Assembly: GCA_963793425.1 (NCBI GenBank) | Contig: CAWCAG010000009.1 | Span: 128,001-192,000, forward strand | Source: an uncultured cyanobacterium | GTDB lineage: Bacteria > Cyanobacteriota > Cyanobacteriia > Cyanobacteriales > CAWCAG01 | DNA: 64,000 nucleotides | Reading direction: 5' to 3' | Position numbers and translations under genes: made by a program | Shown: positions 21,662 through 31,850 of the stretch, piece after piece | How the letters are laid out: each line of letters starts with the position of its first letter | Numbering within the stretch: position 1 is the stretch's first letter | The notes under the pieces: model-generated | The model's input: only the letters and a program-made list of their open reading frames with translations | What the model was told of the DNA's origin: nothing | Databases searched by the model: none

Positions 21662-22459
21662 ATGGCAACTATTAAAAAAATCACCTCTATTCTGACAGGA
21701 ACCCTGATAGTTGCTTCGAGTATACTTGCAACTAATTCAGCTAGGGCAGATACAACAACTATCCTTAACTTTGATACCCAATTTGATGGCACTCCCATAA
21801 CCACAGGAGATGGTACAAAGGTTAATGAAACTCAGCTTTTCCAAGGTTATGGGGTTGAACTGGGGACAAATAATCCTAACAATAGACCTCTTGTCCTTTT
21901 TAATAGTAACTGCGGCCCAGATTTTGGTACTCAATGTACTGGCGGAGATCCAGATTTAGCATCTGGCCCTTCTTTTGGTAGCGAGGCTCAAGGTAATGTT
22001 TTAATTATTCAAGAGAGAAATAATTTAACGATTCCAGATGATGATGCTGATGGGGGTATTTTTGAATTTGATTTTACTGATAAAAGTGGTGTAACTTTCG
22101 ATAAAGTTGGCGTTCTTGATTTAGATGAAGGAGTTAACCCCATCTTCAAATTCTTTCAAGAAAAAGATGGAGTAGAAACAACTACTGTTTTTAATGTTGG
22201 TGATGTTGGTTTAGGAGTTACTCTTTTAAATCCTAGTAACCCCGGCGATAATTCCTTGAGAGAGTACGATTTTTCTGCCTTAACCTTGAGTAATGTTAAA
22301 CGCTTAGAAGTAGAATTAGATGATGTTAGTGGCGCGATCGCTTACCTGCAATATCAACGTTCTCAAGAAGTTCCTGAACCTACAACAATTTTAAGTTTGA
22401 TTGCCGTAGGTGGTTTAGGCCTTTTGACCAAGAAAAAGTCAATGATTAATAAAGCGTAA
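21662..22459 (+). CDS. PEP-CTERM sorting-domain surface protein
   Basis: Signal peptide, Asp/Gly-rich body, C-terminal VPEPTTILSLIAVGGLGLLTKKK. Confidence 0.9.
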   Translation: MATIKKITSILTGTLIVASSILATNSARADTTTILNFDTQFDGTPITTGDGTKVNETQLFQGYGVELGTNNPNNRPLVLFNSNCGPDFGTQCTGGDPDLASGPSFGSEAQGNVLIIQERNNLTIPDDDADGGIFEFDFTDKSGVTFDKVGVLDLDEGVNPIFKFFQEKDGVETTTVFNVGDVGLGVTLLNPSNPGDNSLREYDFSALTLSNVKRLEVELDDVSGAIAYLQYQRSQEVPEPTTILSLIAVGGLGLLTKKKSMINKA

Positions 22460-22543
22460 TGACAACGACAAGCCGAACAATTATCAATTATCAACTGTTC
22501 AGCTTGTCTCCAACTTAACTAAAGAACAATAGCAATACTTAGC

Positions 22544-24136
22544 TTACTCATTTTCTTGAGATAAAGGACAGTTGAATACTTGGCTTTCTGATTGTTGATT
22601 ACCCCTTAAACGGCTTACGGCAACTTGAATTTCACTTAGCTTTTCTTGCAAACTACAATATTGAACTTGAGTCGTACGAAGTTCTCTTGCCGTAACTTCC
22701 TTTTTATTTTCTACTTCACTAAATTCAGTTTGAGAAGTTTCTAATCTCGTTTTCCAAGTGTTTACTTCTCCTTGTAAGGTAGTCAGTCGCAATTCTAAGT
22801 TTTGCTGATTAATACGGGAGATTTCTAGTTGCTGCTGGGAAGTACTAATCTCACTTTGGATTGCCGTTAAACTTTGTTCTAAGGTTGCTTTTTCCTCCTG
22901 GGAACTTTCAATCTCTGTACGGATAGCAACTAAGCGTCCCTCTGCTTGACTAACTTGTTGTTGAGAAGTAGAAATTTCTTCTTTAATAGCAACTAAACGT
23001 TGTTCTAAAGTTCTTCTTTCTTCACGAGAAGCTTCTAAAGTTTGTTCAGCAGTTGTAATCTCTGTACGTACAGTAAGTAGGCGTTGTTGTTCAGCGTTAA
23101 CTTCACTTTGGATGGCTATTAAACTTTGTTCTAAAGTTGTTTTTTCTTCCTGGGAACTTTCAATCTCTGTACGGATAGCAATTAAATTTTGTTCTGCTTC
23201 ATTAAATCGTAAGCGAGAACCTGTTAAACCTCTCCTGACTTCCGCTACTTCATTCTGAACAGAAATCAATTCTTGTTGATAAGTTTGTAATTCTGCTTGA
23301 GATTGGTAAGAGTTCTTAACCACAGTAAGTAAGCCAGCAGTTTCTAAATTATTGGGGGCTAGCTGTGCCGCTTTTTCCCAATAGGTAACGGCTTCTTGGT
23401 ACTTGTTTAACTGGTAATAACATAACCCCTTCATTTTCCAAGCTTCAGCAGAATTAGGATTAATTTCTAAGGCTTGATTAAAATCGGCGATCGCTTCTTC
23501 ATATTGGCTTAAATGGTAGAAACTGATACCGCGTTTCACCAATAAGGAGGCATTAGTAGTTCTTGAAGTTATTAATCGGTTATAAATAGCAATTGCCCCC
23601 TGGTAGTTTTGTAAATCTTCCACCATAACTTGGGCAATTTGATTGGGGATAAGAGTAGTAATCAGTTGTTTTTCTGATGGTGATTCTGGTTCTATTTCTA
23701 ATGCTTTTTCCCACACAGTAACAGCTTCTTCATAGCGTTGAAGTCTATGTAAAACTTGACCTTTATAAAAGAAAGCCAACAGATAATTAGGACGTATTTC
23801 TATGGCTTTGTCGTAGGAAGTTAAAGCTGCTTCGTACTGGTTGAGTTTATGTAGAGTTGCCCCTTGCCAATACCAAGCTAAAAAAGAATTAGGTTCAAGA
23901 TCAATAATTTTCTCAATGATAGGTAATAGTTCACTATATCGGCCCAAACCTGTCAATAAATTTGCTTGTTCCCACAGTTGGTTCAAATTGAGATTTTGGG
24001 CTGTTAAAATTTCAGTTGTTAGTACAACTGATTCTGTTTTTGATTCTTTAGCAAAAGAGGGGAATTGGGGACTGATGAAGGCAGTGGTTAATGCGGTTGC
24101 TGCTATGATTGCTATATTGTGGGAATATTTGAGCAT
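22544..24136 (-). CDS. Secreted TPR protein with long repetitive C-terminal coiled coil
   Basis: Signal-peptide-like N-terminus, about 6 TPRs, heptad repeats LxAIRTEIESSQEEKxTLEQSLxAIQSE. Confidence 0.8.
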   Translation of the reverse strand: MLKYSHNIAIIAATALTTAFISPQFPSFAKESKTESVVLTTEILTAQNLNLNQLWEQANLLTGLGRYSELLPIIEKIIDLEPNSFLAWYWQGATLHKLNQYEAALTSYDKAIEIRPNYLLAFFYKGQVLHRLQRYEEAVTVWEKALEIEPESPSEKQLITTLIPNQIAQVMVEDLQNYQGAIAIYNRLITSRTTNASLLVKRGISFYHLSQYEEAIADFNQALEINPNSAEAWKMKGLCYYQLNKYQEAVTYWEKAAQLAPNNLETAGLLTVVKNSYQSQAELQTYQQELISVQNEVAEVRRGLTGSRLRFNEAEQNLIAIRTEIESSQEEKTTLEQSLIAIQSEVNAEQQRLLTVRTEITTAEQTLEASREERRTLEQRLVAIKEEISTSQQQVSQAEGRLVAIRTEIESSQEEKATLEQSLTAIQSEISTSQQQLEISRINQQNLELRLTTLQGEVNTWKTRLETSQTEFSEVENKKEVTARELRTTQVQYCSLQEKLSEIQVAVSRLRGNQQSESQVFNCPLSQENE

Positions 24137-24230
24137 TTTTATTGAGACAAAAGTTACTACAGGGATTAACTTTTGAGAGTATCATTCTTAGGCAACAAAG
24201 ACAAAAAGTCAAAAAAGCTTTTGTGATCGC

Positions 24231-25139
24231 TCATTTTAAAATATAATTTGGGCAAATTTCTCTGATTAATCGCCAAAAAAGATAACGAAAATGTAAGGGG
24301 TGAAAATAAATAGTTAAAGAAGACAGGCCCTCTCTTTTTCCTTTACGAAGATAAAATTTAGTTCCTTGAAAGAGATTTTGCCAATATCTACTCCAGGTTT
24401 TCTTTTGAATTCCTCCTAAATCTAAGCGAATATTATGGAGGTTATAGTTACTGCGATTTAAGGGATTAAGGTTCGTTAAACCTTGTTTTTGGGCAAACTC
24501 TTCGTAGGTTATACCTTTTCTTTCTTGAGGGCTAGTTTGGTCTGCAATCCATTCCCATGCTGCCCAAGTCTGCCCTGCAAAATGAAACTCAGGGACATCT
24601 TTTGTTACTTGATTGCTGGTCAAATAGATACCTGTGGGAATTTCTCCCCAAGGGCCATGATGCCAAATAAAATCAGGATCAAAAAAGGCTTTAAAAGCAA
24701 TTTCTTGGCTATCATTAATCCTAACATGAGCAACTCTACCTACCATTCCTTCCCCTGCTATTTCTACTGCTACTTTGAGAGAGCAAGAGAGATTTTGACT
24801 ACTCTTAAAATTATCTTCAATAACTCGCGTCACCCCTATTTTTCGCCCCTTAATTCTGATTTTAACCTTCTGTAAATAAAAAATGAGGCGTTTTTTGTTA
24901 AAATCAGGAGAACGCAAATAGCTGGCTAAGTAATCACAGAAAAGCAAAAAACCCTCTTCTTTGATTCCTGAATTGAGTTTCAGTAAACGAGAAGAGGGAG
25001 ATACAAAATAGAGCTTTTGCTTAGCTTCAATTTGCTTCTGGCAAAGGTAATAAAACTGATGAGGAGAAAGTAATTCTCCCTTAGCTTGGTCAATTATGGA
25101 TTCGAGGGACGGATTTTGAGGAGAATTATCAACTCCCAT
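24231..25139 (-). CDS. Hypothetical protein with divergent protein-kinase-like motifs
   Basis: GEGMVG glycine loop, IAFKAF lysine and N...DLGG. Confidence 0.6.
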   Translation of the reverse strand: MGVDNSPQNPSLESIIDQAKGELLSPHQFYYLCQKQIEAKQKLYFVSPSSRLLKLNSGIKEEGFLLFCDYLASYLRSPDFNKKRLIFYLQKVKIRIKGRKIGVTRVIEDNFKSSQNLSCSLKVAVEIAGEGMVGRVAHVRINDSQEIAFKAFFDPDFIWHHGPWGEIPTGIYLTSNQVTKDVPEFHFAGQTWAAWEWIADQTSPQERKGITYEEFAQKQGLTNLNPLNRSNYNLHNIRLDLGGIQKKTWSRYWQNLFQGTKFYLRKGKREGLSSLTIYFHPLHFRYLFWRLIREICPNYILK

Positions 25140-25214
25140 AGAAATAAATTAAAATAAGACTAATCAGGTCAAGAGATAGTTAAATCTTAAACCATAAGTA
25201 GCCCCATCTTCTAA

Positions 25215-25493
25215 TCACCTGATGCTAACAGGTTTGGTTAAGTTGGCACAATAGCTATCTGCAACAATTTGAGAACGTACCTGGATAGATTGTTTATCTG
25301 AAGATTTCGGTACAACTCTTTTACCTGGACGAATCATTACTTGCTTACAAACCACTTGTTCGCTACCAATTCTGCGAAAATCCCAAGTGTAGGTAGCTGG
25401 ATCGCTAACAGTCGCATTAACTGGGTTGTTTCTTAAAACGGTTACTAAAACTATTTCTAAACAAATTAAGGCTATTAGTATCTTTTTCCACAT
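25215..25493 (-). CDS. Small secreted hypothetical protein
   Basis: Signal-peptide-like N-terminus; two Cys in the mature part. Confidence 0.6.
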   Translation of the reverse strand: MWKKILIALICLEIVLVTVLRNNPVNATVSDPATYTWDFRRIGSEQVVCKQVMIRPGKRVVPKSSDKQSIQVRSQIVADSYCANLTKPVSIR

Positions 25494-25719
25494 ATAATAT
25501 TGACCTCACCAATATTTTCTTGATGACTCTAGTTTTGAATTAAAAGCTCAATTAAACTTGCGCCAACGCTAGAAAACAGAGCAAAGTTAGATTTTCTCTA
25601 CAACCTAGCTTACCCAAAAAGCTTCAATAACTTAAACCTAATCTTATTTTTTTAGGCAATAATCTCTAAGATTGATAAAATTTATCTAGAACCTAAAACC
25701 ATAGAAGCAGTACAAGACG

Positions 25720-26655
25720 ATGCCAAATACACATATTCGCTTTGATTGGGCAATTAAGAAGCTACTGCGTAACAAGGCTAATTATGTAGTCTTGGAAGGG
25801 TTCTTAAGCGAATTATTACATCAAGAACTTACTATTAAAACCCTCCTCGAAAGTGAAGGCAATCAACAAACCCAAGAAGATAAAACTAATCGGGTAGATA
25901 TTCTCGCTGAAACTGGAGAAGGGGAATTAATTCTGGTGGAAGTGCAAAATAACTCTCAACTAGATTATTTTCACCGAATGCTTTACGGGGCTTCTCGGTT
26001 AGTGGTGGAATATTTAGAGAAAGGAAAAGAGTACGGCAAGATTCAGAAAATTTACTCCGTTAATATAGTTTACTTTAACCTTGGGGTTGGAGATGACTAT
26101 ATTTATCATCATCGTGGCAACTTTGTGGGAGTTAATCATGGAGATACTCTGCAACCTCTCAAAAGTCAGGAAGTAAAATTTCATATAGAAGCAGTAGCAG
26201 ATATTTTCCCTGAATATTACCTGTTGAAAGTTAATAACTTTGATGATGTCGCTAAGAATAGTTTGGATGAGTGGATTTACTTTCTTAAAAATAGCAATAT
26301 TAAAGAAGAATTTGCTGCTAAAGGAATGGTAGAAGCGAAAGAAACTCTGCGAGTAAACAATTTATCAGAACCAGAAAGGAGGGCATATTCCCGTTATATG
26401 GAGAACAAAAGTTATGAAGCGAGTATGTTGAGTACTCAGGAGTTTGAGACGCAATGGGAAATTGAAAAAGCAGAAATTAAAGGAAGAGAAGAGGGCATTC
26501 AGGAAGGTATTGAACAAGGAAAGCAAGAAGGCATTGAAGAAGGAAAACAAGAAGAAAAAATTGCCATTGCCCGTTCTTGTAAACAACAAGGTTTAGATGT
26601 AGAAACTATCATGAAAATAACCAAACTCTCCCCAGAAGAGATTGAATCTTTATAA
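25720..26655 (+). CDS. Rpn-family / PD-(D/E)XK nuclease-like protein
   Basis: [32 protein letters not shown]-terminal EG repeats and IAR...GLDVETI. Confidence 0.88.
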   Translation: MPNTHIRFDWAIKKLLRNKANYVVLEGFLSELLHQELTIKTLLESEGNQQTQEDKTNRVDILAETGEGELILVEVQNNSQLDYFHRMLYGASRLVVEYLEKGKEYGKIQKIYSVNIVYFNLGVGDDYIYHHRGNFVGVNHGDTLQPLKSQEVKFHIEAVADIFPEYYLLKVNNFDDVAKNSLDEWIYFLKNSNIKEEFAAKGMVEAKETLRVNNLSEPERRAYSRYMENKSYEASMLSTQEFETQWEIEKAEIKGREEGIQEGIEQGKQEGIEEGKQEEKIAIARSCKQQGLDVETIMKITKLSPEEIESL

Positions 26656-29265
26656 TTTCTCTCTTAACTGCTGCTTCGCTGCTGCTAAAGCTTCCGGTAA
26701 CTTACTAGCATCTCTTCCCCCTGCCTGGGCTAAATTAGGTTTGCCGCCGCCCCCGCCACCACAGATTTTGGCAATGCTGCCGATAAATTTCCCTGCTTGC
26801 AGTCCTTTTTGGTTAACCCCTTTGCTGAAGGCAGCAACTAAACTTACCTTACCTTCACTGGGAATAGAACCCAAAACCACTGCACTTTCCCCTAGCTTTT
26901 GTTGTAACCTTTCTGCTGCGGTTTTCAAGCTGTTGGGGTCAGCATTTTTAACCGTTGCAACTAAAATTTTAAACTCCCCAATAGATTGGGCTTCCCTTAA
27001 AATCTGGTCGGATTTAGCGATGGTAAGTTCTTGTTTTAAGGCTTCTACTTCCTTTTGAGATGCCTTTAATTCCGTTTGCAAAGTGGTGATGCGATCACCG
27101 ATTTCTTCCGGTTTTATTTTGAAGCGATCACTAAGATCCTTAACCACTTTGTCTCGCAAATTCAAATACGCCAATACTGCCGTACCCACCACAGCTTCAA
27201 TTCTCCTAACTCCAGAGGAAACACTCCCTTCTGAAGCAATTTTAAATAAACCAATTTCTGCTGTATTGTTAACATGAGTACCGCCGCAAAGTTCCATAGA
27301 TACGCCGGGGACATCCATCACCCTAACTTCATCGCCATACTTTTCTCCAAACATCGCGATCGCCCCTTTCGCTTTTGCTTCAGCAATGGGCATCACCTCC
27401 ATTTGTGTATCCTTCCCTTGGGCAATCCAAGTATTAATTTGTGCTTCGACTTGCTGCAACTCTTCTGGTGTTAAGGGACGAGAAAAGTTAAAATCAAAGC
27501 GTAAACGGTCAAAAGAAACTAAAGATCCAGCTTGGGAAATGCGGTCATCAACTAGCTTTTTTAAAGCGGCTTGTAACAAATGGGTAGCAGTATGATGTGC
27601 CTGTACTTGACGACGACAAGTACGGTCAATTTTAGCATTAATAGGCATTCCTAAACTTAGAGTTCCCCGTTCCACGCTTCCAAAGTGAATAAAGGTTTTC
27701 CCTTGCTTCTGCACATCTTCAATGCGAACTACTAAATTATCCCCGGTTAAGAAACCGCGATCACCAATTTGCCCTCCTGATTCGGCGTAGAAAGGGGTTT
27801 GATCAAGAACAATTTGGACTTTTTCCCCTGCTGTTGCCGCTTCAACTCGTTCTCCATCAACTAAAATGGTGGTAACTTGGCTGTTTGCCACGAATTCTGT
27901 ATAACCGACAAACTCCGTCGCCTCCCCCTCTACAAAGGAACCGTTACCCATCAAATCAATGGTTTCATGGGCCGAACGAGAACTATCTTTTTGTTCGGTC
28001 ATGGCTTTCTCAAATCCCTCTAAATCGATGCTAAAACCTTGTTCAGCAGCAATTTCTTGGGTCAACTCCAAGGGGAAACCGTGGGTATCATAAAGGGTAA
28101 AGGCATCTCCCCCAGAAATTTGCTTTTGGGCATTATTAGCTGTTTTGGCAATAATTTCTGCTAACAGCTTTTCCCCTGTAGCTAAGGTTTTGATGAACTT
28201 TGCTTCTTCTGTTTGTAATTCTGCGGTAATTAATTCCTCCCTTTCTCTTACCTGGGGATAAACTTTTTGAGAAAGGGCGATCGCTGTCTCAGCAATTTGG
28301 TTAATAAACTCCCCTTCAATGCCAATTAACCTACCGTGGCGAACCACACGACGAATCAAACGCCGCAAAATGTAACCTCGGCCAACATTGGCAGCGGTTA
28401 TGCCATCAGCAATCATATGTACCACCGCCCGGACATGATCACCAATTACTTTTAGGGATACTTTGGTTTTCTCATCTGCTTTGTGATAGTCAAGCCCCGC
28501 AATTTCAGCAGCAGATTTAATCAAGGGGAAAATCAGATCCGTTTCATAATTATTCGGTACACCTTGCAAAATCTGGGCCATTCTTTCCAAACCCAAACCT
28601 GTATCAATATTCTTTTTCGCTAAGGGGACTAATTTCCCCTCAGCATCACGGTTGTATTGCATAAACACCAGGTTATAAAATTCAATAAACCTGCTGTCAT
28701 CTTCCAAGTCAATTTCCTTGTCCCCTAATTCTGGATGAAAATCATAATAAATTTCTGAACAGGGACCACAAGGCCCTGTAGGGCCAGACTTCCAGAAGTT
28801 ATCCTCTGCTCCCATACGCTGAATACGATGTTCCGGGATGCCAATTTTATCTCGCCAAATAGCAAAAGCTTCCTCATCTTCGCTAAATACGCTAGGAATT
28901 AATCTTTCTGAGGGCAAAGCAAATACTTCAGTAGAAAGTTCCCAAGCCCATCTAATCGCTTGTTCTTTAAAATAATCCCCAAAACTAAAGTTACCCAACA
29001 TCTCAAAAAAGGTATGATGACGGGCAGTACGTCCTACGTTTTCAATATCATTAGTGCGGATACATTTTTGGGAAGTGGTAGCCCGTGAATATTCGGGGGT
29101 TTGCTGTCCTAAAAAGATCGGTTTAAACGGTAACATCCCCGCAATAGTTAAGAGGACAGTAGGATCTTCTGGCACTAAGGAAGCACTAGGCAAAATTTGA
29201 TGTTGCCTTTGCTGATAAAAATCCAAAAACTTTTTTCTAATCTCGTCACCATTAAGATAATTCAT
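26650..29265 (-). CDS. alaS: Alanine--tRNA ligase (ATG at 29265 preferred)
   Basis: [42 protein letters not shown] and GGGGGK. Confidence 0.98.
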   Translation of the reverse strand: MNYLNGDEIRKKFLDFYQQRQHQILPSASLVPEDPTVLLTIAGMLPFKPIFLGQQTPEYSRATTSQKCIRTNDIENVGRTARHHTFFEMLGNFSFGDYFKEQAIRWAWELSTEVFALPSERLIPSVFSEDEEAFAIWRDKIGIPEHRIQRMGAEDNFWKSGPTGPCGPCSEIYYDFHPELGDKEIDLEDDSRFIEFYNLVFMQYNRDAEGKLVPLAKKNIDTGLGLERMAQILQGVPNNYETDLIFPLIKSAAEIAGLDYHKADEKTKVSLKVIGDHVRAVVHMIADGITAANVGRGYILRRLIRRVVRHGRLIGIEGEFINQIAETAIALSQKVYPQVREREELITAELQTEEAKFIKTLATGEKLLAEIIAKTANNAQKQISGGDAFTLYDTHGFPLELTQEIAAEQGFSIDLEGFEKAMTEQKDSSRSAHETIDLMGNGSFVEGEATEFVGYTEFVANSQVTTILVDGERVEAATAGEKVQIVLDQTPFYAESGGQIGDRGFLTGDNLVVRIEDVQKQGKTFIHFGSVERGTLSLGMPINAKIDRTCRRQVQAHHTATHLLQAALKKLVDDRISQAGSLVSFDRLRFDFNFSRPLTPEELQQVEAQINTWIAQGKDTQMEVMPIAEAKAKGAIAMFGEKYGDEVRVMDVPGVSMELCGGTHVNNTAEIGLFKIASEGSVSSGVRRIEAVVGTAVLAYLNLRDKVVKDLSDRFKIKPEEIGDRITTLQTELKASQKEVEALKQELTIAKSDQILREAQSIGEFKILVATVKNADPNSLKTAAERLQQKLGESAVVLGSIPSEGKVSLVAAFSKGVNQKGLQAGKFIGSIAKICGGGGGGKPNLAQAGGRDASKLPEALAAAKQQLREKL

Positions 29266-29297
29266 TTCATTTAACATTTATCATTTAACATTTATCA

Positions 29298-29322
29298 GTA
29301 AGTTGGGCATTGCCAACCTTAC
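29298..29322. repeat. Single degenerate GTAG-family REP palindrome
   Basis: GTAAGTTGGGCATTGCCAACCTTAC resembles the arms of 11468-11576. Confidence 0.55.
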
Positions 29323-29461
29323 AACATATATAATGTAGAGATTCTCATTTTACGGCAAAACCTCTCACCTTCAACACTTTTAAAATTGCTATAGATGCCA
29401 GAAATACTATTATTAATCATAAATGATAAATGTTTAATGTTTAATGATAAATGAAACAACC

Positions 29462-31369
29462 ATGGTGGCATTAAAGAAATGGCAGTGGATTTTACTAATC
29501 AGTCCTATCGCTGTGTTGGTAAGCTTCTTACTCATCTCAGCGGGATGGCAAATTCACCAATGGGGTATTAATTGGATTTGGGGGCTATTTATCCTCATCT
29601 TGGCTGGGTGGCGTTGGTTATTGGTTAAATGGACTCGCCCTGCTGCTATGGAAATTGAGACTGCTGTAGCCGAAGCGAAGACAGAATTAGCCACCGCCCA
29701 AGCAGAAACAGCAACCCTGTTGGCTACAGATGATGATGTTAGCAAAACTGTCGAAAGTGCCTTACAAACTACCTTGGAATCTGCCAGGAATGACTTACCC
29801 ATTTGGGAAGATTGGAATACATTTTGGCAACGCTGTCAAGATTTAATTGTGGCTGTTGCCCATGCTTACCATCCGGAAGTTAAATATCCTCTACTCAACA
29901 TCTACATTCCTCAAGCTTATGGATTAATGCGAGGAACAGTAGACGATATGGATCGTTGGATGCAACAACTCTCTCCAGCCTTAAATAAAGTTACTGTCGG
30001 ACAAGGCTTTGAAGCCTATGAAGTTTACCGTAAACTAGAACCATCGGCCCGCAAACTTTGGCGAGTTTTGGGTTTTGCCCAATGGTTTTTAAACCCTGCC
30101 GCAGCTTTAGCAAAACAAGCTAGTCGGGGTTACAATAACCGCGCTACAGAACAGCTTTTAGGGAATTTGGGGCAGATGTTACGGGAAGCAGCCCTACGCA
30201 ACCTCTGCAAGCAATCAGCTTCTCTTTATGGGGGTGATTCCTTACCAGAATCAGCTTTCCATCTTTCTACCCCCAGTTTGCCCAAAGCCCAAACTCAAAC
30301 CCTCCAAAATATTTTAGCCACCGCAGAACCAACAGAAGTTATAGAGCAAAAACCTGTTAACATTTTGCTGGTGGGTAGGACGGGTTCAGGTAAAAGCAGC
30401 CTCATTAATACCCTCTTTCAAGCGGAAAAAGCAGAAGTGGATGTTCTCCCTAGTACCGATAGATTGCAGAGTTACCATTGGCAACTTCCTGAAGGAGAAA
30501 CCCTTACCCTTTGGGATACTCCAGGATATGAACAGGCAAACCATGCTGATTTAAAGGAGTTAGTGTTAGATTATGCCACCAATGCTGATTTTTTACTACT
30601 GGTTACTCCTGCCCTAGATCCTGCCTTACAAATGGATGCAGACTTCTTAGAAGAGGTTGCCGGCGAAGCAACAGACCTCCCCACTATTGTTGTCGTCACT
30701 CAAGTAGATAGGTTGCGCCCCATTCGTGAATGGCAGCCTCCTTATGACTGGCAAAATGGTAACAGTGCCAAAGAAACATCGATCCGAGAAGCAACAAAGT
30801 ACCGGGCTGAACTTTTAGGAGAGTTTGGCAACCTAATTATTCCTACAGTCACTAGGGATGTTGAAACAGGGCGCAATCCTTGGAATGTTGAAGAATTGTC
30901 CCTCGCTTTAGTAGAAGGAATCGCCCCTGCCAAACAACTACGCTTAGCCCGTTTTTTGCGCGATCGCGAAGCCCGTAGCCTTGCCGCAGCGAAAATAATT
31001 GACCGCTACACATTACAAATGGCTACAACTCAAGGACTTACTGCTTTACTAAAAAGTCCTGTTCTACAATTTATCTCTACTGTGTCTACCGGATCACCAA
31101 CTTTAGCCTATGTACTCTCCCAGAAAATTCCGGTGGAACAGTTACCAGTGGTTATTGGCAAGTTGCAAATGGGTTATGAACTACATTCTCTTTTAGATCC
31201 AGATAAATCCTTTGATTTACTTTCCCTTTGGCCTTTGTTGTTAGAAAATTCCTCTACTCCAGATCGCAATGCCTGGGCTTTTGGTCATAGTTTAGTGGAG
31301 TACTGGACTCAAAATCTAACTAAGGAACAATTGTCAGAAAGATTTGACAGCTATTTGCAGAAAATTTAA
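29462..31369 (+). CDS. Membrane-anchored GTPase family protein (MMR_HSR1 domain)
   Basis: Two N-terminal TM helices; G1 GRTGSGKS, G3 DTPG and G4 TQVD. Confidence 0.85.
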   Translation: MVALKKWQWILLISPIAVLVSFLLISAGWQIHQWGINWIWGLFILILAGWRWLLVKWTRPAAMEIETAVAEAKTELATAQAETATLLATDDDVSKTVESALQTTLESARNDLPIWEDWNTFWQRCQDLIVAVAHAYHPEVKYPLLNIYIPQAYGLMRGTVDDMDRWMQQLSPALNKVTVGQGFEAYEVYRKLEPSARKLWRVLGFAQWFLNPAAALAKQASRGYNNRATEQLLGNLGQMLREAALRNLCKQSASLYGGDSLPESAFHLSTPSLPKAQTQTLQNILATAEPTEVIEQKPVNILLVGRTGSGKSSLINTLFQAEKAEVDVLPSTDRLQSYHWQLPEGETLTLWDTPGYEQANHADLKELVLDYATNADFLLLVTPALDPALQMDADFLEEVAGEATDLPTIVVVTQVDRLRPIREWQPPYDWQNGNSAKETSIREATKYRAELLGEFGNLIIPTVTRDVETGRNPWNVEELSLALVEGIAPAKQLRLARFLRDREARSLAAAKIIDRYTLQMATTQGLTALLKSPVLQFISTVSTGSPTLAYVLSQKIPVEQLPVVIGKLQMGYELHSLLDPDKSFDLLSLWPLLLENSSTPDRNAWAFGHSLVEYWTQNLTKEQLSERFDSYLQKI

Positions 31370-31427
31370 CTTTAGCTTATTAAATAATAAGTTAAAGTTT
31401 AACTACATAAATATTAAGTTAAAAATT

Positions 31428-31733
31428 ATGATTCCAGGTGAGATGATTGTTCAAGAAGGAGAAATTGAATTAAATGTAGGTCGTCCTACCTTGAAAATTC
31501 GGGTGGGAAATACAGGCGATCGCCCGATTCAAGTTGGTTCTCATTTTCATTTTTATGAGGTTAATTCTGCCCTCAATTTTGAGAGAGAAACAACTAAAGG
31601 AATGCGTTTAAATATACCCGCTGGTACAGCAGTAAGGTTTGAACCGGGGGATGAAAAAGAAGTAGAATTAGTGGCTTTTGCTGGTAGCCGGGAAGTTTAT
31701 GGTTTGAATGGTTTAGTCAATGGAAAACTTTAG
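31428..31733 (+). CDS. ureB: Urease beta subunit
   Basis: [20 protein letters not shown] and [15 protein letters not shown] at 31428. Confidence 0.96.
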   Translation: MIPGEMIVQEGEIELNVGRPTLKIRVGNTGDRPIQVGSHFHFYEVNSALNFERETTKGMRLNIPAGTAVRFEPGDEKEVELVAFAGSREVYGLNGLVNGKL

Positions 31734-31850
31734 TAATTCTTGGTTTAGTTATCTATAGCATAGACTTTGGTTTTTGCTAATGGCTAGTGGAAGATATGGA
31801 AATAGACTAAATGTACCTCCGCAGCTTGAGAATTGCCATATAATCAATTA

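Noticed and set aside
31428..31733. ureB separated from other urease genes
   Set aside because: Dispersed urease genes are common in cyanobacteria
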